Below are positions 45,101-54,389 of a DNA stretch of 64,000 bases, piece by piece. Where the stretch lies: the NCBI GenBank assembly GCA_963707985.1, contig CAVPRW010000029.1, forward strand, positions 74,815 through 138,814, given 5' to 3'. This DNA comes from an uncultured Nitrospinota bacterium. GTDB taxonomy: Bacteria > Tectomicrobia > Entotheonellia > J063 > CAVPRW01. The position numbers were made by a program, and so were the translations under genes. Within the stretch, counting starts at the first letter, position 1, and every line of letters begins with the position of its first letter. The notes below the pieces were generated by a model. It saw nothing but the letters and a program-made list of their open reading frames with translations. It did not search any database and was not told the DNA's origin.

Positions 45101-46174
45101 TTGAGCCTGCCATCCGAGGTCTTCGCCCAAGGTTTCACGATCATGAGTGAGAGTGGCGAAATCGAAACCGGGAACAAATTGGACGACGAGATCGGCAATA
45201 AGATGGGTTTCTACACTGAGCCCAAGATGCAGGCCTACGTCAGCGAAGTGGTGCGGCGACTGGTGCGGGCCGGTAATCCGCGTTCATTCGAATATCGCGT
45301 CAAAATCGTCGATATAGGCGAGGAAAACGCTTTCGCGACGGTGGGTGGACATGTCTACATCACGCGCGGAATGCTGGCACAATTGAGCAGCGAGACAGAA
45401 TTGGCAGGAGTGTTGGCCCACGAAATTTCCCATATTTCTCACCGTCATGTGGCGAAACAACAGACGCGCGCGCTCGGCTATCAAATCCTGGGCTTGGGGG
45501 CCATCGCTCTGGGGGCCACGATGGGCAATGCTGACAATAATCTTGGGATGGCACCGCTGGGTGTGAGTGCCGCCCTAGCGACGATCTTAAGCAGCTACAA
45601 CCAGGAGGCGGAGCTGGAGGCCGACGAGTCAGGGCTGCTGATGATGGCCCAGGCGGGCTATGACCCGCGTGGGCTCTCCTCATTTCTGCGGAGCCTGCGA
45701 ACCCGAGAGCGTTTGACCGGTTTAGGGTATCACGGGCTACTGGCGACCCACCCTGAAACGGCGGCACGCATCGCCAAGGCTGAGACCATGGCCCAGTTAC
45801 TCGTATCGCAGCAATCATTTCGGGACTCTGGCGAAGAGGTTTATAAAAAACAACTTGTGGGGCTTCCCTTCGGGCCGCGCCACGACCGTCTGCACCTCGA
45901 TCTGTATCGCGTGGAGGAAGGGGAAACGATCGGCAGCATTCGGGAGAAAGTCATGTCCCCCGAGGATACGGCTTGGGAGGTCGCGCGCCTGAATCGCCTG
46001 CGCGGCAATGACTCGCTCCAAGCCGGCATGGTGCTGAAAATTGTCGTGTCCGACGGCCGACCGGTGGTCCTGCCTCGGCGCCAGCTCGATATCACTGAAG
46101 GTCGCCCCCTGCCGCCGCCGCCTCCTCTGGCCCTCCCCAACAGGCGCCCACAAGGACCGTACAGGGGGAGATGA
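45101..46174 (+). CDS. M48-family metalloprotease with C-terminal LysM-like domain; start uncertain
   Basis: ENAFA..GG, HEISH, ELEADE, ATHP. Confidence 0.85.
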   Translation: MSLPSEVFAQGFTIMSESGEIETGNKLDDEIGNKMGFYTEPKMQAYVSEVVRRLVRAGNPRSFEYRVKIVDIGEENAFATVGGHVYITRGMLAQLSSETELAGVLAHEISHISHRHVAKQQTRALGYQILGLGAIALGATMGNADNNLGMAPLGVSAALATILSSYNQEAELEADESGLLMMAQAGYDPRGLSSFLRSLRTRERLTGLGYHGLLATHPETAARIAKAETMAQLLVSQQSFRDSGEEVYKKQLVGLPFGPRHDRLHLDLYRVEEGETIGSIREKVMSPEDTAWEVARLNRLRGNDSLQAGMVLKIVVSDGRPVVLPRRQLDITEGRPLPPPPPLALPNRRPQGPYRGR

Positions 46175-46190
46175 TGGCCAGCGTGAAGTC

Positions 46191-46886
46191 TTAGGCATAG
46201 CCCCGGACTTGCTGCCACACCTGCTTTAACTTCGCGATGGTAAAGTCCGAAGCCTGGCAGGCATCGATGAGGGGACGCTCCCGAGCCTCCACCTTAGCCA
46301 CGGCCTCGGGAATTTCTCGGGCGATAGACATCGGGATGCAGGCGACTCCGTGCTGGTCGCCATGGACGATGTCCCCAGGTTTCACCACCATGCCCCCGAC
46401 TTTCACCGGGCTCCCGAAATCAACCAGATGGATGTACGCATGTGAGACCAGGATGCAGGAAGCGAAATAGTAGAAACCCATGGCGCGGACTTCGTCGAGG
46501 TCGCGGACGCCACCATCCGTAACCGTACCGATGCAGCCCAGTGCTTTATGGATGCTGCCGTTGACTTCCCCCCACATGGATCCGATGGGCTGCCGATCGA
46601 GATCCTGCACGACGACCACTCGTGGTTCGGGAATCGTGGCGATATAATCCCACCAATCCGGACGCGACACCTCTCGGCCAGCCGCTGGCGGCAACTCGGC
46701 CCTGATGGTACAGGTCACCGCATAGCCAACCATGGTCCCCAGCTCGGGGAGAATACAGCGGATGTCTGGTGTCATGAAACCGGTGTTCCGTGGCTGAATA
46801 TTGAACACTTCAATGGCGTTGGCAATGGTTGGAGTGGTAATGTTGCGCAGCGCCTCAAGCTCGTGTTTCGACAGTTGTTCCGGCAT
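46191..46886 (-). CDS. RraA/HMG-aldolase family protein
   Basis: WGEV, TDGGVRDL, PGDIVHGDQHG. Confidence 0.85.
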   Translation of the reverse strand: MPEQLSKHELEALRNITTPTIANAIEVFNIQPRNTGFMTPDIRCILPELGTMVGYAVTCTIRAELPPAAGREVSRPDWWDYIATIPEPRVVVVQDLDRQPIGSMWGEVNGSIHKALGCIGTVTDGGVRDLDEVRAMGFYYFASCILVSHAYIHLVDFGSPVKVGGMVVKPGDIVHGDQHGVACIPMSIAREIPEAVAKVEARERPLIDACQASDFTIAKLKQVWQQVRGYA

Positions 46887-46997
46887 CAACAACCTCCTTG
46901 GACGAGATCACGCAAGACCGCAAGCATCGGACATCCGGCAAGCGGCGCTATTATACACGATTTTGCGTACTGGCGTGGGCAGCGATGGACGGAGGGG

Positions 46998-47432
46998 ATG
47001 AACATGCTCGACTGGTCACCACAAGTGCGGGAGTTTGTGCAGGCACATCGCGTCGCCCGGTTGGCGACGGTTGATGACGCCGGAAAACCGTTGGTACTGC
47101 CGATCTGCTACAGCGTGGCTGGTGAGACGTTGTATTCTCCGACCGATGCGAAGCCCAAACGGGTGCCTGTCCAACGCCTCAAGCGCTTGAAGAATATTCG
47201 GAAGAATCCATATGTCGCGCTGGTGATCGATGACTACAGCGAAGACTGGACAGAGTTGTCCTATGTGATTTTGCACGGTCGCGCGGAGATCCTCACTGAC
47301 GGGTCGGCCTTTGAGCGGGCGATCATGGCCCTGCGTGAGAAGTATCCTCAGTACCATCATATGCCTATCCAGGAAAATCCCATGATCGCGGTACACCTCG
47401 AGCGGGTGGTGAGTTGGGGTGCTGTGAGCTAG
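46998..47432 (+). CDS. PPOX-class (probably F420-dependent) oxidoreductase, Rv0121-like
   Basis: RVARLATV, DAKPK, LKNIRKNPYV, DDYSEDW; GGAGG RBS. Confidence 0.85.
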   Translation: MNMLDWSPQVREFVQAHRVARLATVDDAGKPLVLPICYSVAGETLYSPTDAKPKRVPVQRLKRLKNIRKNPYVALVIDDYSEDWTELSYVILHGRAEILTDGSAFERAIMALREKYPQYHHMPIQENPMIAVHLERVVSWGAVS

Positions 47433-47448
47433 CCGATTCTTCCCCGTA

Positions 47449-48375
47449 TCAGACGATGTCCTCTCCCACCCAGGAGCATAGGCGCCAGGAAAGTGCCTGG
47501 CTGCCTGTCGGCCCTGGATGCGGGACTTGCCCGTCCGCATGCTGCCGCACCCTAGTCTGTAGGTTGCTCAGAATCACGCCCTTCGCGGCTTCGTTGGACG
47601 GCGCCGGTGACCGAGGCAGGATCGCATAGTTCCAAATCTCAGAGCACTGCTTATGGGTGACATCGATGAGGCGGCGGAGGATCGGGTCCTGCGGGGAGAG
47701 ACCGCTGAACAGCCCTTTATGGCTCTCGATCAGGCCGATCTGCGTGAGATTCGACCAGCGGTAGGGATCAGCGTACTCGGTGCGGTACTCGTCCTCGCTG
47801 AAGACGAAGCTTCGGGTGTCGCTGTCATTTGCCAGCAGTGCGAGCTTAAAGAAATCGCACACAGGTGGGGCACCGTGGACGTGGTAGGACGGGAGACTAC
47901 TGCGTGGTGGCTTGTTCTTCCTGGATCGGACGGTGGAGCATGGCACAGCCTCCTAGCGCAGCCGCTCCTCAACGATTTCGTCGTAGTTACAGTTAACGGT
48001 GGCTTGGACACCCCTGACATCGCGATGCTAGCGAGTCAGAGCGGCGATGGCCTAGAGGAGAGGGGAAGTCAGCAGCTGGATCTCTCCAGGCTTGTCCAAT
48101 CGTCGAAACCCTCCCCCGAAGATTCCGCCCTGATGGCCCGCAGGGTCGCAGGTTCCGGAGCGACACTCGCGGTGCCGCGCCTCCCCTCGGCGAGCGCGTC
48201 GTCGAATGGGCTTCGCCTTCGGAGCAGCGCTCTCAGTATCGCCCTCAGGGATATTGGACGCCTCCGGCGTCGCTGGCGTTGCGGTGGGAGCGTCCGACCT
48301 TGGAGAGGCGGGCTCAGCAGAGGGCGCGTCGTGAGGACGCTCCCGCCTCCGGCGGTCGGCCTGTTGGGTTGTCAC
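47449..48375 (-). pseudogene. Decayed SIR2-like (SIR2_2) domain gene in a cassette position
   Basis: One frame with TAG stops at 48052, 48028 and 47953; motifs NCNYD, YHVHG, VFSEDEY, DPYRWSNLTQ, LFSGLSPQDPILRRL. Confidence 0.65.
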
Positions 48376-48402
48376 GCACCTGCCTCTTTCACGGTCGTCT
48401 AC

Positions 48403-48465
48403 GCCCAACGCGGCGCCTGAGCCGCGCGCCGCTTGTTGCGCGTCGGCTCCATGCGCTGGTTGAAC
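48403..48465 (-). other. attC site (63 bp)
   Basis: Minus strand: GTTCAAC-CAGCG-CATGGAGC-CGAC...GCG-GCTCAGG-CGCCGC-GTTGGGC, the R''/L''/L'/R' layout. Confidence 0.75.
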
Positions 48466-49782
48466 TATGCGCTGCGCGCAGTTGGGCACGGCCCACCCCT
48501 GAGTGACGCCTCCTCAGGCGGTCGCGAGCCCAGTAGACCGCTCCTTCCGGTGCGCTCCATCACCCACCTCAGAGGCGGGATCGCCATGACCGCGCGGCGC
48601 CAGCGCATGCTCGAGGGCCTTCAGCTCCGGGGCGTGTCTGCACGTACCCAGGCGCGAGACGTCAGGGCCGTACGCCGACTGGCGGAGCACGCTCCCAAGT
48701 CCCCAGACGTGAGCACCGCGGAAGCACTCCGCCAGGAGTTCCGGGACCTCACGCCTGTCAAGCCGTCCGCTCGGAGCGCCAGCACGATGGCACGGTGCGG
48801 CCTCACGTGCGGCTGCGCGTCCACCCTCCACCGCGACTGGACTCCCCGCAGCTGTGTGCGCGCCCCGCGCGCGAACAAACGGCCAGTGCTCTTGAGCCTC
48901 GAAGCGGTGCGAACGCTGCTCGGCCGTGGGCGCCTGGGGGCCTTCCCGCCCAGACGGCCTGGTCCACGTCACCCCCCAGTCGGGACGCTTCCGCGCGACG
49001 TTCCGCGCGTCCCGACAACCGACCGCCCTGTGCCCGCTCGTCGAGGCCCACGTCTGGCACACGGACGGGGTCGTGCCCTGCGCGCCCGTCGGCCGTGGCG
49101 CGGCCGCCTTCCGAGACCTGGCCCCGTCCAGCGTGCGCGTGGCCCTCCGCCACACCCATGTCCTCACGCGGGAAGAGGGCCACGGCACGTTGCCGGACAA
49201 GGACGCGGCCACGGCTCCGGTCACCACCTCGACGGTGCCTGCCGAGGCGGTCCGGCGCCGGTTGCTGCCGCACCGTCCGCTCGGACGGCGTCCTGAGCCC
49301 TGGGAACCGGCCGGTGCTCACCCGGGTCAGCCCCTGCCGCGGTGCCACCACCGTCGCCACCGCCACCCCGGGTCACCAGCCCGATGTCACCGCCGCGCCC
49401 CAGGCCCGTGAGGCCCCGCGGGGCCCCACGTGCGGAACCCGCGTGATACGGCGTGCACCACTCAGGCCCAACACGCGCTCCCCACCTGGCTCATGCCCCC
49501 CCAGGCGCTCTGGCGCTGCGCCACTCGGGCAGGCGCCACCGGCCAGGTGCCGCGTCCACAGATCGTGGCGCTCGTGGGCTCACACAGCCTCCGCACCGGG
49601 GGCTCGCGAGGCCTCACGGACCGCGACTCCTGCACGCCTGCACGGTGCATCCGCCCTCCCCTGGGCGCATGCCTGCTCGGTGTGCTCCACCGTGGCGATC
49701 ACCCCGCGCCTGGAGCAACCGCTCCCCATCCCCTCACGCCGTTGTTCACACGCCACGATCGTCCCCCCCGGCTTCGTTCCAC
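48459..49782 (+). mobile_element. Decayed, internally deleted tyrosine recombinase + IS91-family transposase element
   Basis: ATG 48586 MTARRQRMLEGLQLRG..RTQ..VRAVRRLAEH (integrase N-terminal SAM-like domain), joined near 48930 to Y2-transposase C-terminal sequence (FRDLAPS for YLAxY; RRLLPH..VRSDG). Confidence 0.75.
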
Positions 49783-49833
49783 CCCGCCTTGGGTGGCGGG
49801 CCTTGCGCCACACGAATGCGTCATACGTTCGGC
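49776..49833 (+). other. attC-like hairpin at the element right end
   Basis: GTTCCAC...GGTGGCG/CGCCACAC stem...GTTCGGC; imperfect. Confidence 0.45.
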
Positions 49834-49922
49834 CAAGCTCTGACAAAAGGGTACGAGTATTTGTCTTGCTGCGTATGCCGCTGCAAAAGGCAACCACTCC
49901 ATGACAGCCGTGCGCCTACCGA

Positions 49923-50150
49923 CTACTCTTCAAAGAGGGTCCGTAAGAGCCCAGATTGGCGAATGATCGATTGCAAGGTGCCAATACGCAGTTCCTCATG
50001 GTCGGGCACCGGCACGGTGATTGTGGAGCCCTCGATCTTCTTCTGCATACTGATATGGCTGCCACGGTGTCGGACCTGGACAAACCCATGTTCCGCAAGG
50101 ATTTTACAGAGCTCACGACCTGACAGCACCCGCCATCTACCCAACCGCAA
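49923..50150 (-). CDS. hicA: HicA toxin (mRNA interferase); start uncertain
   Basis: [24 protein letters not shown]. Confidence 0.88.
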   Translation of the reverse strand: MRLGRWRVLSGRELCKILAEHGFVQVRHRGSHISMQKKIEGSTITVPVPDHEELRIGTLQSIIRQSGLLRTLFEE

Positions 50151-50364
50151 CCTCTAAACGCGTCACAAAGACTTCACTATGGAGCCGGGGTCGGACTTCG
50201 GACGGCTCCGCCGTTTCAAAGAACAGTTCGATGGCTTCCACCAAATTGCGTCGTGCCTCTTCTAGCGTTCGCCCTTGACTCGCGATATCCAGTTCGGGAC
50301 ACAAGGCGACATAGCCGTCACCCTCTCGTTCTATAATGCCAGTAAACTGCTGGAGTTGTTTCAT
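50137..50364 (-). CDS. hicB: Short HicB antitoxin
   Basis: [38 protein letters not shown]. Confidence 0.88.
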   Translation of the reverse strand: MKQLQQFTGIIEREGDGYVALCPELDIASQGRTLEEARRNLVEAIELFFETAEPSEVRPRLHSEVFVTRLEVAVG

Positions 50365-50451
50365 CGCATTTTCCTTTGCTAAGGGCGACGTAAGAGACAC
50401 AAGAGGTGTGAGTTTCAACTCTAGCGGATTATCCCATTCACTTGGATCGGG

Positions 50452-50539
50452 GCCTAACAACGGCGTCCAGCCGACTGGAAATAGCGTCCGCTCCTCCGTC
50501 GCTCCCACTGTTCTCCGCGCCTGAAGCGTGGCGTTGATA
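50452..50539 (+). other. attC site interrupted after the GTT of R' by IS110
   Basis: GCCTAAC-AACGG-CGTCCAGC-CGAC...GCG-CCTGAAG-CGTGGC-GTT|GATAT. Confidence 0.75.
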
Positions 50540-51540
50540 TGACTTCCGATGTCAAGGGTTGGGAGCAACTTTTGTACGTCCGCATCATATTTTTTCCCTT
50601 TCTCTATCGGAAGAGCCGGAGCCAGTACGACACGACGGTTGATCACGCTGATAGCCGTGGGGTGGGTCCCACCTGACTGGCATCCGTCGGGTGCCGGCCG
50701 CAATCTAGGGACGAGAGTGCCTGTCGGCCTCATCACGCCGCCGAGGGTGACACCAAACCGGGGCTGCGTCTCTTCCGATACAGGTTGGACCCCTTGCACT
50801 TGTGCGTCAACACACCGCCCTCTGGATGCGTTCGGTGACCCGGCCACCTGCTTGGCCATGGCCCACATGAAGGCACTGCAGTCGCGGGCCATGGCGACGA
50901 CGACCTGAGGGGCATGTTGGCCTGTGGCCATGAGCTGGCGATACCGCGTACAGAGCCGGACCTGGGCCTTCCAACTGATGGCTTGGATCGCGGTGGGGAG
51001 CTTTTCCAGGCGCAGTTGCCGGTGTCGCCTGACGTTGGCCGGATACCGGTCGGCCCAGGCCCCTTCGACCAGGGCACGACGGGCATGGGTAGTCCCCGTC
51101 TGGGTCATCCCGCCCTGTTGACGCCGCCCGCCACTGGCATAGTCTGAGGGCGTCAGCCCCAGATCAGTCATCAGCTGTCGAGGGTGCGCAACGCGTGTCA
51201 GGTCTCCCAGTTCCGCCACGGTGGTCACGGCCACCGTAACCTGGACCCCGCGCAGGGCCTGGAGGGCCTCGACCACCGGAGCGAAGCGCCAGGTTTTGAC
51301 CTGCTCGTGGAGTGCGAGTTCCAGACGTCCGAGACGTGCCGTCTGTGCGGTGACGGTCTGGACGTATTCCTGAACGACGATCTGCTGTGCCGGTGTGGGA
51401 CACACCACCTCGCTGAGCCAGCGCCGGTGGGCGGGACTCCAGGTGGCCCGCCCCGTCGAGCGGATATCGTGCCGCAGCCACAACGCGTTCAGACGCAGCT
51501 TGGCCGCCTGGAGATCCCGGAGGGTATCTTCCCGCGCCCG
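50536..51540 (-). mobile_element. IS110-family element: 5'-truncated decayed transposase plus ~300 bp downstream non-coding end
   Basis: [37 protein letters not shown]; outward TTGACA (minus strand, 50550-50555) near the end. Confidence 0.8.
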
Positions 51541-51768
51541 ACTCCTGAAGCGCTTCACCCACGCTTTACACGAGGTGTTTGCCTTCGGGCCTTCCAAGAA
51601 GCACATGATCCGGCGCCAATGGGGGCGATTCGCGCCCACACCTTTCTTGAAGCATCGAGCGGATGAGGTCCTGCGGAACATGCCCGTGCGGTCAACCTGA
51701 AAAAACTTGAGGACCGAGTGTACACATACTCCTCTTGGCACGCTTCCACGTATAACCAGGAGGACCGT

Positions 51769-52440
51769 CATGAACCTTACAGCTATATTCTGCCCCAATC
51801 TGGCGTGCCCTGTCAGAGACCAAGCCGGCAACGGGAATATCGGTGTCCATTCACGTCATGACCCACGGTTCATCTCTCGGCAGTGCCGTAAGACCTTCAC
51901 TACTATGACAGGCACTGCATTCTACCGGCTGCGCACCTCGGTAGAGATGGTAGTCATCGTTGTCGCTATACTGACTGGCTCATGGCTCTCCCCTGCAAGC
52001 GATCGTTGCCGCCCTTGGCTGTTATGAGCGGCCGGTGACCGATTGGTGGGCGCGGGAAGGCCGACAGGGCCAGGCGGTGCAAGCGCACCTCGGCGAGGAC
52101 CCTCGCGACTGAGGGCAGGTGCAAGCCGGTGAAATTCGCGTCAAGCCACAGGGCGGAATCGTGTGGATGGCGCTGGCCCTGATGGTCAAGATGCGCTTGT
52201 GGCTGGGCGGCGCGTGATCGAACGGGGCGGCCGCTGTGCCGCACACCGTCCGCTGTTGGTCTGCACTGATGGGTTGTGCTCCTCTATCCGGGCCATTCGC
52301 ACGACCTTTCACGACCCAGTGCATGCGAGCACCAAGGAGCGCCTCCGGTTGCGTCCTTGGCGCAACGTCTGCATGGCGCAGGTCGTGAAGCGCTACCTAC
52401 AACGGCGCATCGTCGACGTCGAGCGCCGCAACGTGCCGGT
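51769..52440 (+). mobile_element. IS1-like transposase pseudogene
   Basis: [12 protein letters not shown] zinc finger, VWMALA, LVCTDG, AQVVK. Confidence 0.65.
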
Positions 52441-52464
52441 ACGCTCGTATGCGTCGAGACGCTC

Positions 52465-53378
52465 AGACGCCGCGCCAGTCCGAGGTACGGCTGTCCAGCG
52501 ACCTCTGCGGTCACGGGCTCCTGCCGCTCGAACCCTTCCGCGATCAGCTCTGGAGAACCACCGGGTTGAGGCCGCTGGATGACCGTCACGGCTTGCGCTC
52601 CCGTCCATACCGGCGCCAGGTCGTCGGCCAAGACCACTGGCGGCAGTGGGCTCTCCGACAACGGGCACAAGTCATCATCACCTCCCGCCTGGAGAAAGGC
52701 TCGAGTCTCCAGGGCAGCCATCTCACAATCGCCCACATACAACAGCCCGCGCTGCCCCAGGCCCTCCCGCACACGCATGATGGCTGGGATGTACAAGGGG
52801 GGTCAGCAGCCCGCTGGCCCGGGACGACGTCCGTCGCCACGGGCATACCCAAGGGATCCAGGGCCGACACCATGATCGTGACCTGCGGCAGGTCGGGCCG
52901 ATGGTCTTGGCTATGGTCAAACTGAAACCACCCGTCTTCTGTCACCGTCCAGTGCCCGTTAGCGGTGGTACTATCCAGGCGAACGCAGGTGGCTCCCAGG
53001 TTATACACGCGCAATGTGTGGTGATTCAGCGCACCCTCCGAAAGCGTTCCAGCCGGCATCGCCGCTCAGAGCCTCCCGCACGGCCTCCAGGCGGTCGTCA
53101 CTGACATGCAGCGGGTGGACCGATTGTCCCGCACAGCTGCGCAGGGTATGGAGGCACTGCTCCGCCCAGGGTTTGAGGTAGTTCAGCCGATGGTTCACTT
53201 CCGACAAGCTATGGGTCACCCAGATCACGGTCCCCCAGCCCAGAGGCAGGCCCACCCAGGTGCCGTGCGTGGGAAAGTGCTCGTCCCACAGGGGGTGCAC
53301 GCCCATCCGTTCCAACTGGGCCAGCAACACAGGCATGTCATCGACGCGTGCACTGATAATCTTCAGGGTCTCGGCCAT
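52465..53378 (-). mobile_element. IS1634-family (DUF4277) transposase pseudogene
   Basis: RVDDMPVLL, RLDSTT, HSQDHRPDLPQ, LYVGDC. Confidence 0.7.
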
Positions 53379-54182
53379 AGTGTGCCTCCTCTGTGGCCGA
53401 GACCCTACTACAATTTTTGAAACCGCTCAAAATTTGAGCGAACCATGAGGATATTCTTTCAAGCCGTTAACAAGCCTCTGTTCTGTGGGCTAGTGTTGAC
53501 GTGCCATGGTGATGCTCCCAACGAGTGAGGGGTTGCCCAATTTGAGGGAGCATTTCCCCCAGCTCTAGGTCTGCGACGTACTGCTCATGAATTCGCCCCT
53601 GGATGTGGGGTTTGGCAGAGGGGCCACTCTGCGTGTGACTCCCTTCCCCGCCTTGTAGATGTGGCAGGGGTGAAGTCCATGACAACGCCAGATTCAAGTT
53701 TGAGACATGTGTGGATGATCGCATGGGTGCTGCGCAAATACGGGTACCTTGTCCATCCCGGTTCCTTGCGTCATGGATCTCCCATAAATTGCTTTTCGTG
53801 AGGTTAATGCCACGGAGCATCTCGTGTCATGGCCGAACTTTTTGCCTATCCTACTTTTTTGCCTATCCCAACTGTAATAGGTTTCAAATATTGACGATAA
53901 GAAGGGAGAGGTGCATAGTCGAATATGCATTAAAACGTACTACATTCAGAGGAGTAAATGCTGGCATGTTTGTTGCGTAGATGAGTACAGAGATGCCAAC
54001 GAACCTGTTTTTGGTCCATGAAAGAAGGAGTACAAGCGTACAGTAGGATGAAAGAGGTCGTGTGGTTTAATGGATCGCCCTCTTTGTGAGGAAGGATATC
54101 AACAGCCTTGATCACGCGATAGAGCTAATGTCTATAGTTCAAACACGCATTGCCAACGCTCTACCCTGCTTTATAGCCTGTT

Positions 54183-54265
54183 AAGGGCAAACCACTCGAA
54201 AGGGTGGGGCGCAAAGCCACTGGCCTACGTCTCGCAGCTGCGGGATATGGCAGCAGGGTTGCCGG
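54183..54265 (+). ncRNA. c-di-GMP-I (GEMM) riboswitch aptamer
   Basis: GGGCAAACC-ACTC-GAAA-GGGT-GGGGCGCAAAGCC..GGCCTA..TGGCAGCAGGGTTGCC matches the GEMM-I consensus. Confidence 0.9.
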
Positions 54266-54389
54266 GCACCCACAGCACCTCTGGCAGGGCTGGGCGCCGT
54301 GTACGGCCGTATTGAGGATAGCCATCAGCCATCGGGAGAAAATATACCTTGACCGTTAGGATGGCATGATAAGCAGGAGGTGCATCACA

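Noticed and set aside
47560..47600. GTCCAAC on the minus strand as the attC closing the SIR2 cassette
   Set aside because: No matching L boxes or R' follow; it may simply be coding sequence.
47953..48054. Amber recoding (pyrrolysine or an alternative code)
   Set aside because: TAG serves as a normal stop elsewhere in the window (queC, aroB, hicB) and no pyl genes are seen.
48433..50157. Long overlapping Arg/Pro/Ala-rich ORFs in several frames
   Set aside because: Artefact of high GC and missing TA-containing stop codons in a decayed element.
50137..51831. 564 aa ORF as a transposase-HicB fusion protein
   Set aside because: Chance read-through across an IS110 relic, its non-coding end and an attC; hicB has its own RBS and ATG at 50364.
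53460..54180. Short ORFs upstream of the riboswitch
   Set aside because: No recognisable motifs or RBS; probably promoter region and debris.
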